Of a DNA stretch of 64,000 nt, positions 40,975 to 49,607 are shown in pieces (position 1 is the stretch's first letter; each line of letters starts with the position of its first letter). Position numbers and translations under genes: made by a program. The stretch is from IMG/VR virus record IMGVR_UViG_3300042398_001385, positions 1-64,000 of that record, one strand, 5' to 3'. The notes beneath the pieces are model-generated. The model was not told the origin of the DNA. It did no database searches and saw only the letters and a list, made by a program, of their open reading frames with translations. This stretch comes from a virus.

Positions 40975-41711
40975 TAATATATTTTAAGTTTATTAAACAA
41001 TACGTCACATATATTTTTATTACTGATATATGGTCTTGGTAGATGACAATCTATATATTCATTTGCATTATAGTCGTTTTTAGGCCATATTACCTTATCT
41101 AATCTTCCTGTAGCATATTTTTCTTCTATCCAGCCTCTTTCAAGATGTCTAATATAGTATCCAGATTTTTTCAAAGTCTGATTATAAAAAAACTTCTGAT
41201 CAGTGCCACTTCGCAGATTCATTCTTTTTAATCTTAGAAGAAAATCTAAATGGTTTTCTTCATTTAAATCTAGCAGATCTGAAAAACTTTTTGGATCTCC
41301 CGCAAGATAACACATTGGATATTGTGGATTTGTCCTATACCATCTATATTTAATGATATCTGAACTATAGGATATTAATCCAGTATCTCCTATGTACTCA
41401 GCGTGATTTATATAGTAATCTTTTGAGATAGGAAGCATATCCATATCGGATATGATGAATGGCTTATCAAGAATGTTTGCTGCCCAAAATCTAATACATT
41501 GTGCCTGTTGTGCAATATCCCAATCATTCCTTGATTCTAAATAAAAAACCTTCCCATGTTCATAAACCCAAGCAGGTGGTTCCGCATTATCTATATAAAG
41601 AAGAACAGGTTCTAATCCTATTAAATTCTTCCATGCTCTAGCTACATAAGGCCAAAAATCAAGGTATTCCTGATTTGAGTTAGAGCTAACTACTGCATAT
41701 TCTAATTTCAT
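40974..41711 (-). CDS. Putative GT-A nucleotide-sugar transferase
   Basis: FIISDMDMLP (DXD), TDQ motif; operon context. Confidence 0.55.
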   Translation of the reverse strand: MKLEYAVVSSNSNQEYLDFWPYVARAWKNLIGLEPVLLYIDNAEPPAWVYEHGKVFYLESRNDWDIAQQAQCIRFWAANILDKPFIISDMDMLPISKDYYINHAEYIGDTGLISYSSDIIKYRWYRTNPQYPMCYLAGDPKSFSDLLDLNEENHLDFLLRLKRMNLRSGTDQKFFYNQTLKKSGYYIRHLERGWIEEKYATGRLDKVIWPKNDYNANEYIDCHLPRPYISNKNICDVLFNKLKIY

Positions 41712-42335
41712 CTATCTTCTTATTCTGAAATTAGGATTTGAATTCATTTTACGATGAACGTTTCTAGATTCCTGATAATGTTCTATAACAGGAGATACAC
41801 CAGGATACATCATCTTCATATGATCATAAATGAATGTGTATTCAGGTGGAAGATTATAATAATTCAGATCTGTCATTTCTCTTTGCGCTCTCTGCATATT
41901 TTTTTGCTCCCATGTTTCAGGTTTCATTCTTTCTGCCGGTGTTGCTTCGTTTAATTGTATCCATCTGTCTACAAATCTTTTTACCTTGTCGTTATTTTTT
42001 AAGAATAGTGTACCTGATAATGCTTCATCAGCTCTCCATCTAAAGTCCTGGGTTCTATATGCTATGTCACAATCTAGGGATGGAATAAGTTCTGGATACT
42101 GTTTAAATTTAGCATCTACATCTACATAAAGAATATCCTGATTTCTAGATTCTAATATGCCCTTAATAAAATATGCCTTATGATGTGTGTTTTTTTCCCA
42201 TGATCCTAAATCGTTTATTGCTTCTATATAATGGGGGATTGAAAATTGATTTAAAGACTGCCTAAGACTTTCTGCTAGAACTTCGTAAGAGGTGCTTTCT
42301 GTGTAATATGCTATAACTAAAAACTGGGGGCTCAT
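41712..42335 (-). CDS. Nucleotide-diphospho-sugar transferase (GT-A)
   Basis: KAYFI, ILYVDVDA, LSGTLFL, EQ, LPPEY, VIEHYQ. Confidence 0.75.
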   Translation of the reverse strand: MSPQFLVIAYYTESTSYEVLAESLRQSLNQFSIPHYIEAINDLGSWEKNTHHKAYFIKGILESRNQDILYVDVDAKFKQYPELIPSLDCDIAYRTQDFRWRADEALSGTLFLKNNDKVKRFVDRWIQLNEATPAERMKPETWEQKNMQRAQREMTDLNYYNLPPEYTFIYDHMKMMYPGVSPVIEHYQESRNVHRKMNSNPNFRIRR

Positions 42336-42383
42336 AGAATTAAGATAAGATAGTATTCATAACCTGGGATTTACAGAGTAAAA

Positions 42384-42412
42384 ATTTTAGTCCCTGTATG
42401 CAGGATAGTTTC
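42384..42412 (-). promoter_or_regulatory. Putative GAAA-N19-TAAAAT promoter of the glycan operon
   Basis: Intergenic GAAA-ctatcctgcatacagggac-TAAAAT, same spacing as the other three sites. Confidence 0.5.
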
Positions 42413-42489
42413 AGTATTTAAGAAATATTTTTTTATAGTGGGATATTTTAATTGTTTTCTATATATAATAAAGAACATAAAATGATTTT

Positions 42490-43203
42490 ATGGCAGAAAT
42501 GAAGCCTTATTGGTTTATAGAATCCCCTATAGATTTTGAATATAAGTATTACGTGCTTATGGCATATCTAATGAAGGTTAAAGGAAGCTTTGGTGAAAAT
42601 GGATTTGAAAAAAATTTCAAGCATCTATTGACGATTAAAAAAGATTTAGAGAGCTTTGTTAAAAATACAGAGCTTAGCCAAAAATCCAGAGCTAAAATGA
42701 CCGAAGACGAGAATGATAATTTTTATAATATATTAGATAGAAATTTAGATTCTATAGGAGAGATAGAGGAGATTGCTAAGAATTCTATAAGCGTTATAGA
42801 TAAATTCATAGAGGAGAATAGTAATTTTTACGAGAAATACAATTCCTTAGTAGATGTGGAAAGTTATTGTTCTAAATATAATCTGTGGGACCAGGGATTT
42901 TTAGTTATAAGAAAAAAAGAGGAAAGGACCATGAGAATATTTAATTGGTTTTTTTCTATAGTTAAAATAGCAAACAAAGAAAACGTAGCTTTATTAATGA
43001 CAGAGTTATTGGATCCTCTATGTGAAACTACTAGTGATATTAAAGGAATAAAAAAATTTCTTAAAGGAAACATAAGAGATTTTTCAGATCAGTATGACTG
43101 TATATTAGTAGCAGACATATCCAATGAGATTGATATGGAAATAGGGACGGAGTTAAGTAAGGAAAAATCTATAGATATTATAATGACTCGATTTAAGCAT
43201 TAG
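42490..43203 (+). CDS. Hypothetical protein resembling a conserved Bacteroidota family
   Basis: N-terminal WFIESPIDFEYKYYVLMAYL, recalled from Bacteroidota hypotheticals; not verified. Confidence 0.6.
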   Translation: MAEMKPYWFIESPIDFEYKYYVLMAYLMKVKGSFGENGFEKNFKHLLTIKKDLESFVKNTELSQKSRAKMTEDENDNFYNILDRNLDSIGEIEEIAKNSISVIDKFIEENSNFYEKYNSLVDVESYCSKYNLWDQGFLVIRKKEERTMRIFNWFFSIVKIANKENVALLMTELLDPLCETTSDIKGIKKFLKGNIRDFSDQYDCILVADISNEIDMEIGTELSKEKSIDIIMTRFKH

Positions 43204-43750
43204 CTTTTAAATCGTCCATCACAGATTTGGTTTCCTCTACTTCTTCATCTGTAAAATCGAATCTATCAAAAGGAAATTTATCTGCCTTAAAAAGATAAAC
43301 TCTTTCTTCTCCAGCTTCATCTTCTGTTACAACTTCTATTTTAGATCCGTGTCTGTTGATATAAAAATCTGCTCCTCTTCCGTTTTTAAGAATCTTGTTT
43401 CTTATAAAAAGAATAGCTCCTCCTGGCATTTTCGTTTCAGGCTCATATTCGCCAGCTTCTATAATTCTTTCTATCTCAGGGATAATCTTAATTATTTCAG
43501 AGAATGTTTTTTTAGCAAGATCATCTAATGATGAAATTTTCATTGTTGATGATATGAATTCGATTATTTCTTTTTTAAGTTCTGGCTTTTCTATAAAAAT
43601 AGATTTTAAGTCATCAACGAATGATTTGCTATTATAGCCATTTTTTGGATCATTGGAAGAATACTTAAATGGTATATTATAAGTTTTATCCATATTTCCG
43701 GCAGCACTGCTTTCATTTACAAATTGGTTAAAATTAAATATCCTTCTCAT
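43193..43750 (-). CDS. Putative internal head protein
   Basis: N-terminus MRRIFNFNQFVNES resembles the T4 capsid-targeting sequence. Confidence 0.6.
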   Translation of the reverse strand: MRRIFNFNQFVNESSAAGNMDKTYNIPFKYSSNDPKNGYNSKSFVDDLKSIFIEKPELKKEIIEFISSTMKISSLDDLAKKTFSEIIKIIPEIERIIEAGEYEPETKMPGGAILFIRNKILKNGRGADFYINRHGSKIEVVTEDEAGEERVYLFKADKFPFDRFDFTDEEVEETKSVMDDLKANA

Positions 43751-44151
43751 ATTCTATTCGTTATAAGTTTTTTTCTTTCCTCAAATGTCATAGGATTAGA
43801 GGATATCATATCTTTTCCTATTTTAGATATACTTTCCTTATCAAATTTATCGAAAGATGGCTCGCCATCCTTAGAAGAAGATTCTGGTCTACATTCTAAA
43901 AATCCCTCAAAATCTTTTAATTCTAAAAAAACCCCTTGTGAAGTTACACTCAGAAGATCATCCTTAATTAATTTTATTCTTGACCATATAGGTTTTAATA
44001 TATTAGGTTCTCCTATTGTTTCTATTTCATATGAAGATATTACCTCCACATAGAGATCTTTTTTTACCACATAAGAAGATCCACCTGCTTCTAATCCATA
44101 TTTAGATTTAAAATCAGATGTAAAATTATCTATCTTGGATATTTTATTCAT
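43747..44151 (-). CDS. Hypothetical protein (start corrected to MNKISK at 44151)
   Basis: In-frame ATG 7 nt below a GATATATA motif; the ORF-track extension runs through the divergent promoter region. Confidence 0.6.
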   Translation of the reverse strand: MNKISKIDNFTSDFKSKYGLEAGGSSYVVKKDLYVEVISSYEIETIGEPNILKPIWSRIKLIKDDLLSVTSQGVFLELKDFEGFLECRPESSSKDGEPSFDKFDKESISKIGKDMISSNPMTFEERKKLITNRI

Positions 44152-44158
44152 TTCTACA

Positions 44159-44193
44159 TATATATCAGATTCCATAGGATAAAAAGATATATA
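44159..44193. promoter_or_regulatory. Back-to-back divergent GATATATA motifs (44159-44166 minus, 44186-44193 plus)
   Basis: One exact copy points at each of two divergent genes. Confidence 0.65.
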
Positions 44194-44212
44194 GTATAAA
44201 AGTATTAACAAA

Positions 44213-44944
44213 ATGGTGATCAGAAGTTATTCACAATTTATATCAGAATCTAAATCTAACAGAGGGGGATATGATATTAGCCAATATACAGATGAAATGT
44301 ATATGTTAGAAAGCGAATATTTAAGACTTCAATCAGAGGGTTTAAACGAGGAGGAAATTAACGAAAATATATTTACTTCATTTTTTAGCTCTTTAGGAGG
44401 TGGTTTTACTGACACGTTTAAAGATTATATAATAGATTGGGCAGCTCAAAAATTTGGTATCGATCCTTTCGATGAGAGCGGACAACCAACTTTTTTCTAC
44501 CAAGTTATTAGAAACGTAATAGAGCAGGTACATTTTACAGATCTAGGAAAATATTTCGGGTCTGGATCATGTAAAAATTGGGCTACTGCTATTATAGAAG
44601 GTTTATCTGAAACATTACAAGAAAGAGGAATAGAATATTTATTACCTAGATTAGGTATGAAAATAGACATGACCGAAGGAATGGGAGGAACTATAGCAGC
44701 AGGATTAAGAGAGGCTTTAACAAACGCTATAAATAATACTTCTTTCATGAATAACATAGAGAAGATGATAAGCGATAAAATATGTGGATTTAAACTTGGA
44801 GACGTTTTATCTGGTGGTAATGTTACAACTTCAGATAAACAGAAAATTCAAGGACAGATAGAAGCAGCTGGTGAAAAAAATCCAGATATATATACACAAG
44901 CAATGAGATCTGGCTTATCCAGTGTTCTCCAATTTAATAAATAA
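44213..44944 (+). CDS. Putative internal head protein
   Basis: MVIRSYSQFISES N-terminus, LNE/INE sites, late motif upstream. Confidence 0.6.
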   Translation: MVIRSYSQFISESKSNRGGYDISQYTDEMYMLESEYLRLQSEGLNEEEINENIFTSFFSSLGGGFTDTFKDYIIDWAAQKFGIDPFDESGQPTFFYQVIRNVIEQVHFTDLGKYFGSGSCKNWATAIIEGLSETLQERGIEYLLPRLGMKIDMTEGMGGTIAAGLREALTNAINNTSFMNNIEKMISDKICGFKLGDVLSGGNVTTSDKQKIQGQIEAAGEKNPDIYTQAMRSGLSSVLQFNK

Positions 44945-44949
44945 AAAGG

Positions 44950-45201
44950 ATGAATCAGAAAAACGTAAAAAAAAGAGAGATCCTAAGCTATAAGGATTTT
45001 ATGAAGGTCGTTAGCGATCCTTGGAATCCTGATAATCTTAGTAAGGAAGACAGAACAGGGTTACATAAAATATCACCTGAATCTGCATACGATTATGTGG
45101 GATATAAAGATGCTATTTTTAATAAAACATCTAAAATAGATTACCCAGGATATGGCGCTACTGAATCAGGAAGTGCTGCTTCAATAGGAATAACTGAATA
45201 A
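44950..45201 (+). CDS. Hypothetical small protein
   Basis: 83 aa; ILSYKDF motif. Confidence 0.6.
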   Translation: MNQKNVKKREILSYKDFMKVVSDPWNPDNLSKEDRTGLHKISPESAYDYVGYKDAIFNKTSKIDYPGYGATESGSAASIGITE

Positions 45202-45213
45202 AAAACATAAAAA

Positions 45214-46047
45214 ATGGATAAAAAAATATTATCTTTCGAAGAATTTAGCTCAAAAAAACCTCAAGAATTGCCAGAAGAGAATGAATTCTGGAATGATATG
45301 GAAATAGAGGAGGAGGAAGAAGAAGAAGATGAAGAGGACGACATGGACCTAGAAGACGAAGAGGAAGATGACATGGACCTAGAAGACGAGGATGAAGAGG
45401 AAGATGACATGGACATGGAAGACGAGGACGAGGATGAAGACGAGGACGAAGAGGAAGATGACATGGACCTAGAAGACGAGGATGAAGACGAGGATGAAGA
45501 CGAGGATGAAGACGAGGATGAAGACGAAGACGAAGACGAGGATGAAGACGAGGATGAAGACGAGGATGAAGACGAGGATGAAGACGAAGACGAAGACGAG
45601 GATGAAGACGAGGATGAAGACGAGGATGAAGACGAAGACGAGGACGAAGACGAGGACGAAGACGAGGACGAAGACGAGGACGAAGACGAGGATGAAGACG
45701 AGGACGAAGACGAGGATGAAGAGGAAGATGACATGGATCTAGGAGACGAGGATGAAGAGGAAGATGACATGGATCTAGGAGACGAGGATGAAGACGAGGA
45801 TGAAGAGGAAGATGACATGGATCTAGGAGACGAGGATGAAGACGAGGATGAAGAGGAAGATGACATGGATCTAGGAGACGAGGAAGAAGAAGACGATGAA
45901 GAAGATGAAGAGGACGACATGGACCTAGAAGACGAAGAGGAGGAGGAAGAAGAAGAAGACACAGAAGAGGAGGATGAATCCGAATTAGAAGGTGAAGAAA
46001 ATAATGAAGTAGAGGTTATACGATTCGATAACTTCTTCGGTAAATAA
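45214..46047 (+). CDS. Extremely acidic Asp/Glu-repeat protein, probable prohead-core/internal protein
   Basis: 277 aa, mostly D/E; unique N- and C-termini carry ILSFEEF and VIRFDNFF motifs; followed by a terminator. Confidence 0.75.
   Translation: MDKKILSFEEFSSKKPQELPEENEFWNDMEIEEEEEEEDEEDDMDLEDEEEDDMDLEDEDEEEDDMDMEDEDEDEDEDEEEDDMDLEDEDEDEDEDEDEDEDEDEDEDEDEDEDEDEDEDEDEDEDEDEDEDEDEDEDEDEDEDEDEDEDEDEDEDEDEDEDEDEDEDEEEDDMDLGDEDEEEDDMDLGDEDEDEDEEEDDMDLGDEDEDEDEEEDDMDLGDEEEEDDEEDEEDDMDLEDEEEEEEEEDTEEEDESELEGEENNEVEVIRFDNFFGK
45301..45975 (+). repeat. Coding tandem repeats: 12-nt GAAGACGAGGAT units and longer EEEDDMDL(E/G)DED units
   Basis: Directly visible in the DNA. Confidence 0.9.
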
Positions 46048-46067
46048 TTTTTCCATTAAACATATTT

Positions 46068-46096
46068 AAAGCCCAGATTGATTCCGGGCTTTTTCT
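46068..46096 (+). terminator. Rho-independent terminator
   Basis: AAAGCCC-loop-GGGCTTT followed by a T run, after the acidic-protein stop. Confidence 0.7.
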
Positions 46097-46105
46097 TTGT
46101 TTATC

Positions 46106-46113
46106 GATATATA
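46106..46113 (+). promoter_or_regulatory. GATATATA late-promoter motif
   Basis: 4 nt upstream of ATG 46118. Confidence 0.6.
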
Positions 46114-46117
46114 CATT

Positions 46118-47617
46118 ATGGATTACTCATTACTAGAAAAGTTTGTATTTAAGGGAGTTAAAGGAAAGGAAAGACCCTTAACAGTTGTTATATTAACTAC
46201 TAAACTTGGTAAAAGTCTAAAAAATGCTCCAACAACAGATAAGATAATGAAAATCTGTGAGGAGAAGGGAGTTAGATGTATAATAATAGATACTGAAAAA
46301 GGATCTATACAAAAAACAATAAAAGGAACTTTTCTTATATCAAGCAGAGGGGGAAAACAACAAGAAATACATCTGGATAGAACCATAGTATTAACTAGAA
46401 GATCGTCTATAAAAAACAATGCAGCTAAGGGATTTTTTAAAAAAATGGAGGATCTAGGTTTTCCGTGTGTCAATTCCTATGATTCTGTTATTATATGTGA
46501 AGATAAACTACAGACTACAAGAAAATTACAGTTAGCTAAAATACCTGTTCCTAAAACATCATTAATATCATCTGAAGCTGATATAGATAAAGCAGTAGAA
46601 GAGGTTGGTGGTAATTATCCAGTTGTTTGTAAATTTCTATCAGGAACTAAAGGAATAGGTGTATTTATGATAGACTCTAGACCATCTCTAGTTTCTACCT
46701 TACAGGCTTTGTGGCACTTAGCACCAGGGACTGAAATAGTTTTACAAGAAAAAATAGATGCAGATTACGATCTTAGAATACACGTAGTTGCAGAAAGTGA
46801 TGGTATGGCAAGTAGAGAATACAAAGTCATAGCAGCAATGAAAAGAATAAAAATAGAGGGGGATTTTAGAACTAATTTTTCTTTAGGTGGTGAAACGGAG
46901 AATGTTAAGCTTTCGAAAGAAATAGAAAGGATAGCAATAGAATCTGCTAAAGCTACCGGATGTTTATGGTGTGGTGTAGATATTATAGTAGAAAAAGGAA
47001 AAAGTACATCAGCAGAGGAAAAACCTTATGTTCTAGAGGTTAATGCCTCTCCCGGAACTACTGGTATAGAAAAAACAACTGATATTCCTGTAACAGATAT
47101 GGTAGTAGATTTTCTTTTAGATAAGAAAAACTGGGTTAAACCTAAGAAAACTACCGGATTTAGAGAAATGGTGACTATATCTGGAGTAGGAACTTTTGTA
47201 GGTAAATTAGATACTGGTAACGGAGCAACTTCTTGTAGTTTACATGCAGACAGCATAGAGGAATCCGATGGTAAAGTTTACTGGAAGCTAGGTAATCAAG
47301 AATTTGTAAATAAAATAGTAGGTCAATCAAAAGCTGAGGTTGGTGAAAAAATACACCACAGAGCGGTTGTTAATCTCGATGTAGATTTCAATGGTCTTGT
47401 ATATAAGAAAGTTAAGTTCTCATTAGTAGATAGAACTGAAAAAAGTACCCCATTATTACTAAACAGGGATTTTTTAAGTTCCGCCGGATTAGTTGTAGAC
47501 CCTTCGGAGGATTTTGTTTTAACTGACAGACCTGAGGGATATTCACCAAAAGATGCAAAAGGAGATCCTATAGCTGGGGTTAAGGTAGTTAAATCAAACG
47601 GGAATTCCGAGAAATAA
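46118..47617 (+). CDS. rimK: RimK-family ATP-grasp ligase fused to RimK-associated aspartic protease domain
   Basis: DKLQT, YPVVCK..GTKGIGV, LQEKI, DLRIHV, FRTNFSLGG, GVDII, VLEVNASPG; C-terminal GKLDTGNG...LVDR...LLLNR. Start moved from TTG 46097 to ATG 46118. Confidence 0.85.
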   Translation: MDYSLLEKFVFKGVKGKERPLTVVILTTKLGKSLKNAPTTDKIMKICEEKGVRCIIIDTEKGSIQKTIKGTFLISSRGGKQQEIHLDRTIVLTRRSSIKNNAAKGFFKKMEDLGFPCVNSYDSVIICEDKLQTTRKLQLAKIPVPKTSLISSEADIDKAVEEVGGNYPVVCKFLSGTKGIGVFMIDSRPSLVSTLQALWHLAPGTEIVLQEKIDADYDLRIHVVAESDGMASREYKVIAAMKRIKIEGDFRTNFSLGGETENVKLSKEIERIAIESAKATGCLWCGVDIIVEKGKSTSAEEKPYVLEVNASPGTTGIEKTTDIPVTDMVVDFLLDKKNWVKPKKTTGFREMVTISGVGTFVGKLDTGNGATSCSLHADSIEESDGKVYWKLGNQEFVNKIVGQSKAEVGEKIHHRAVVNLDVDFNGLVYKKVKFSLVDRTEKSTPLLLNRDFLSSAGLVVDPSEDFVLTDRPEGYSPKDAKGDPIAGVKVVKSNGNSEK

Positions 47618-49009
47618 TCTTATTACCTCTTTTCTATATTTAATCTGATCATCTATGATCATCTTATTTTTTAAAGCTAGTTTGCTTCTTTCTATTACAG
47701 AATCAGGAACTAATCCCTTAAAAGTATCCTTTAATATCTTTTTATTTTTTCTTTCCTCGAAAGGAAGACTTATAGCAAATCTAATTATATCGTGATTTAA
47801 AAAAGGACTTCTTAATTCTAGTGTATGCGCCATCGATAGCTTATCTAATCGGGGAAGATGATAATAAGTTAATTCGTGAAATATATCAGAATGCTGTGAA
47901 TCATACTCATTTATTCTTCTATATCCACCAAATAATTCATCTGCTCCGTCACCGGATATAACTATTCTTGTATTAGAACCTTTTTTTATTGCATCGAATA
48001 AATGATACTGAGGAACTACACTTCCCATATCAACTGGAGATTCGTTCCATTTTTTGTATATTTCTATGAGATTTTTTTTACCTGAATCGGATTCTATATC
48101 AATATTATAATTTAATCTTTTGGATTCTACATCCCAGTAGTATTCACAAGCTTTTACATATTCTTCATCTTCACCATTAGATATGGAATAAAAATCAACA
48201 TTTCCCCCAAGCTTTAGTAAAAGACCAGCAATTATTGAAGAATCCAATCCCCCTGATAAAAGTAGAGATGTTGGATAATTTTTAGATAATAATCTGGCTT
48301 CTACAGATTTTTCCATCTTATCAAAAAGCCATTCACATCTGTCATCATATGTATTTAGTCCTGCGTCGAAGAAGTTAAAATCGTAGTATTGGTCAGATAC
48401 ATTAATAATATGAGGAGAGTCTAGATTCCATTGATAGAATCTATTAGGTTCAAGCTTTTTTATACCTATAAAAGGAGTTTGTTCTGTAGCTAAATAACCA
48501 AATTTAGTAACGCCTGAAAAGAAAGATCTATCAAAATTGGGTCTTTCATTTTCTTCATATAATCCTTTTATCTCTGAACAGATCTCTCCTTTTTCGTTAC
48601 GATATAAACATTTTTTTCCAAGAGGATCTGTAAAAGCATAAATATCTCTTTTTTTAGTGTCAACCAAAACTATAGCCCAAAATCCATCCCATGAAACTAT
48701 GTGTGAATCATATAAAGCCTGTAGTATACCTATTCCTCCAAATTGGAATGTTGAAAACAATTTTTGTAAATAAGCTGTATCTGATTCGTAATTTCCGTAA
48801 TTAAAAATCTCTCCATTAAACAATAGCCATCTATCTTCACCTATTTGTATAGGCTGTGACCAAGAATCCCCATCTACTGTTTGTATAGGAAGTCTATGAT
48901 GTACTAAACAAAGGTCATCCTTATAAACTACATTATGTTCAATTCCTCTATGAGCAATAGACATTATTCTTTCCTCACTTGCTCTTTTTGCTACTAATAT
49001 ACCACACAT
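47594..49009 (-). CDS. asnB: Asparagine synthetase B-like glutamine amidotransferase
   Basis: MCGI Ntn start, HRG, FNGEIFNY, SDT, LLSGGLDSS, SGDGADELFGGY, LELRSPFL. Confidence 0.88.
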   Translation of the reverse strand: MCGILVAKRASEERIMSIAHRGIEHNVVYKDDLCLVHHRLPIQTVDGDSWSQPIQIGEDRWLLFNGEIFNYGNYESDTAYLQKLFSTFQFGGIGILQALYDSHIVSWDGFWAIVLVDTKKRDIYAFTDPLGKKCLYRNEKGEICSEIKGLYEENERPNFDRSFFSGVTKFGYLATEQTPFIGIKKLEPNRFYQWNLDSPHIINVSDQYYDFNFFDAGLNTYDDRCEWLFDKMEKSVEARLLSKNYPTSLLLSGGLDSSIIAGLLLKLGGNVDFYSISNGEDEEYVKACEYYWDVESKRLNYNIDIESDSGKKNLIEIYKKWNESPVDMGSVVPQYHLFDAIKKGSNTRIVISGDGADELFGGYRRINEYDSQHSDIFHELTYYHLPRLDKLSMAHTLELRSPFLNHDIIRFAISLPFEERKNKKILKDTFKGLVPDSVIERSKLALKNKMIIDDQIKYRKEVIRLFLGIPV

Positions 49010-49011
49010 AT

Positions 49012-49548
49012 TTAAATTCTTCTAATTTCTTGTTTAAACCTCACTACCGACTCCAAATCGAAGTTATTATTGAAAACCTTTACATCCACTCCCAAGTCTC
49101 TTAAAAGCAAAGAAAACTCAGTGAAAAGGGATCTTTCTTCTTCTACTCTAGAATCGTCCTGATCCCATATATCTTTAGTTCTTTTTTCTGACCATTGTCC
49201 TTGAACAACTATTATTTTAGTATTCCTAAAAAGTCCTCTTTTGTTAAAATTTATAAGATCTTTTTCTGCTTGCTTTTTAGTTACTCTTCCTTGAAAAACG
49301 CCCCAAACAGAATTGGTAAGTATTCCTCTGTCGACTACCATTTTATCTAGAAATCCGGATGAATTTAATTCGTGAAGCATTACCTCTTTGCCTAACCCAA
49401 ACCAATGGACCTCTTCGGATTGCTTACCAAAGTCCCAGGTAGAAAAATTGGAATTAAAATCGAATTTAAAAACGGGAAGATCCGTTTGTTTTGATATAAG
49501 ATATGATTTACCGGATTTTCTTGATCCTTCTACAATAATAAGGGGCAT
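49012..49548 (-). CDS. P-loop nucleotide monophosphate kinase (thymidylate-kinase-like)
   Basis: IIVEGSRKSGKS Walker A; VVDRG motif. Confidence 0.7.
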   Translation of the reverse strand: MPLIIVEGSRKSGKSYLISKQTDLPVFKFDFNSNFSTWDFGKQSEEVHWFGLGKEVMLHELNSSGFLDKMVVDRGILTNSVWGVFQGRVTKKQAEKDLINFNKRGLFRNTKIIVVQGQWSEKRTKDIWDQDDSRVEEERSLFTEFSLLLRDLGVDVKVFNNNFDLESVVRFKQEIRRI

Positions 49549-49562
49549 AACCTTTGTTTATG

Positions 49563-49591
49563 ATTATACCCCTAAAGTAATTAAAAATTTC
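49563..49591 (-). promoter_or_regulatory. Putative GAAA-N19-TATAAT promoter for the kinase-asnB pair
   Basis: Intergenic GAAA-tttttaattactttagggg-TATAAT. Confidence 0.6.
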
Positions 49592-49607
49592 TATTATTCT
49601 TGTTTTT

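Noticed and set aside
26864-42335. Bacterial O-antigen/capsule island or host contamination
   Set aside because: Continuous with phage genes on both sides, shares the phage promoter motif, and lacks export/polymerase genes and mobility signatures
45261-45962. Poly-Ser ORF (minus) and MKTR-repeat ORF (45482..45742, plus)
   Set aside because: Alternative-frame shadows of the D/E repeat; only the acidic frame has unique termini, a leader and a terminator
45301-45975. Possible CRISPR array or RiPP (graspetide/lasso) precursor next to ATP-grasp and AsnB genes
   Set aside because: No unique spacers and the repeats are in-frame coding. The repeat units lack the Ser/Thr/Lys nucleophiles graspetides need, and AsnB retains a full glutaminase domain, unlike lasso cyclases.
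47594-49009. Gat-QueC (7-deazaguanine DNA modification)
   Set aside because: C-terminal motifs (SGDGADELFGGY, LELRSPFL) are AsnB-type, the QueC Cys zinc motif is absent, and no folE/queD/queE/dpdA occurs in the window
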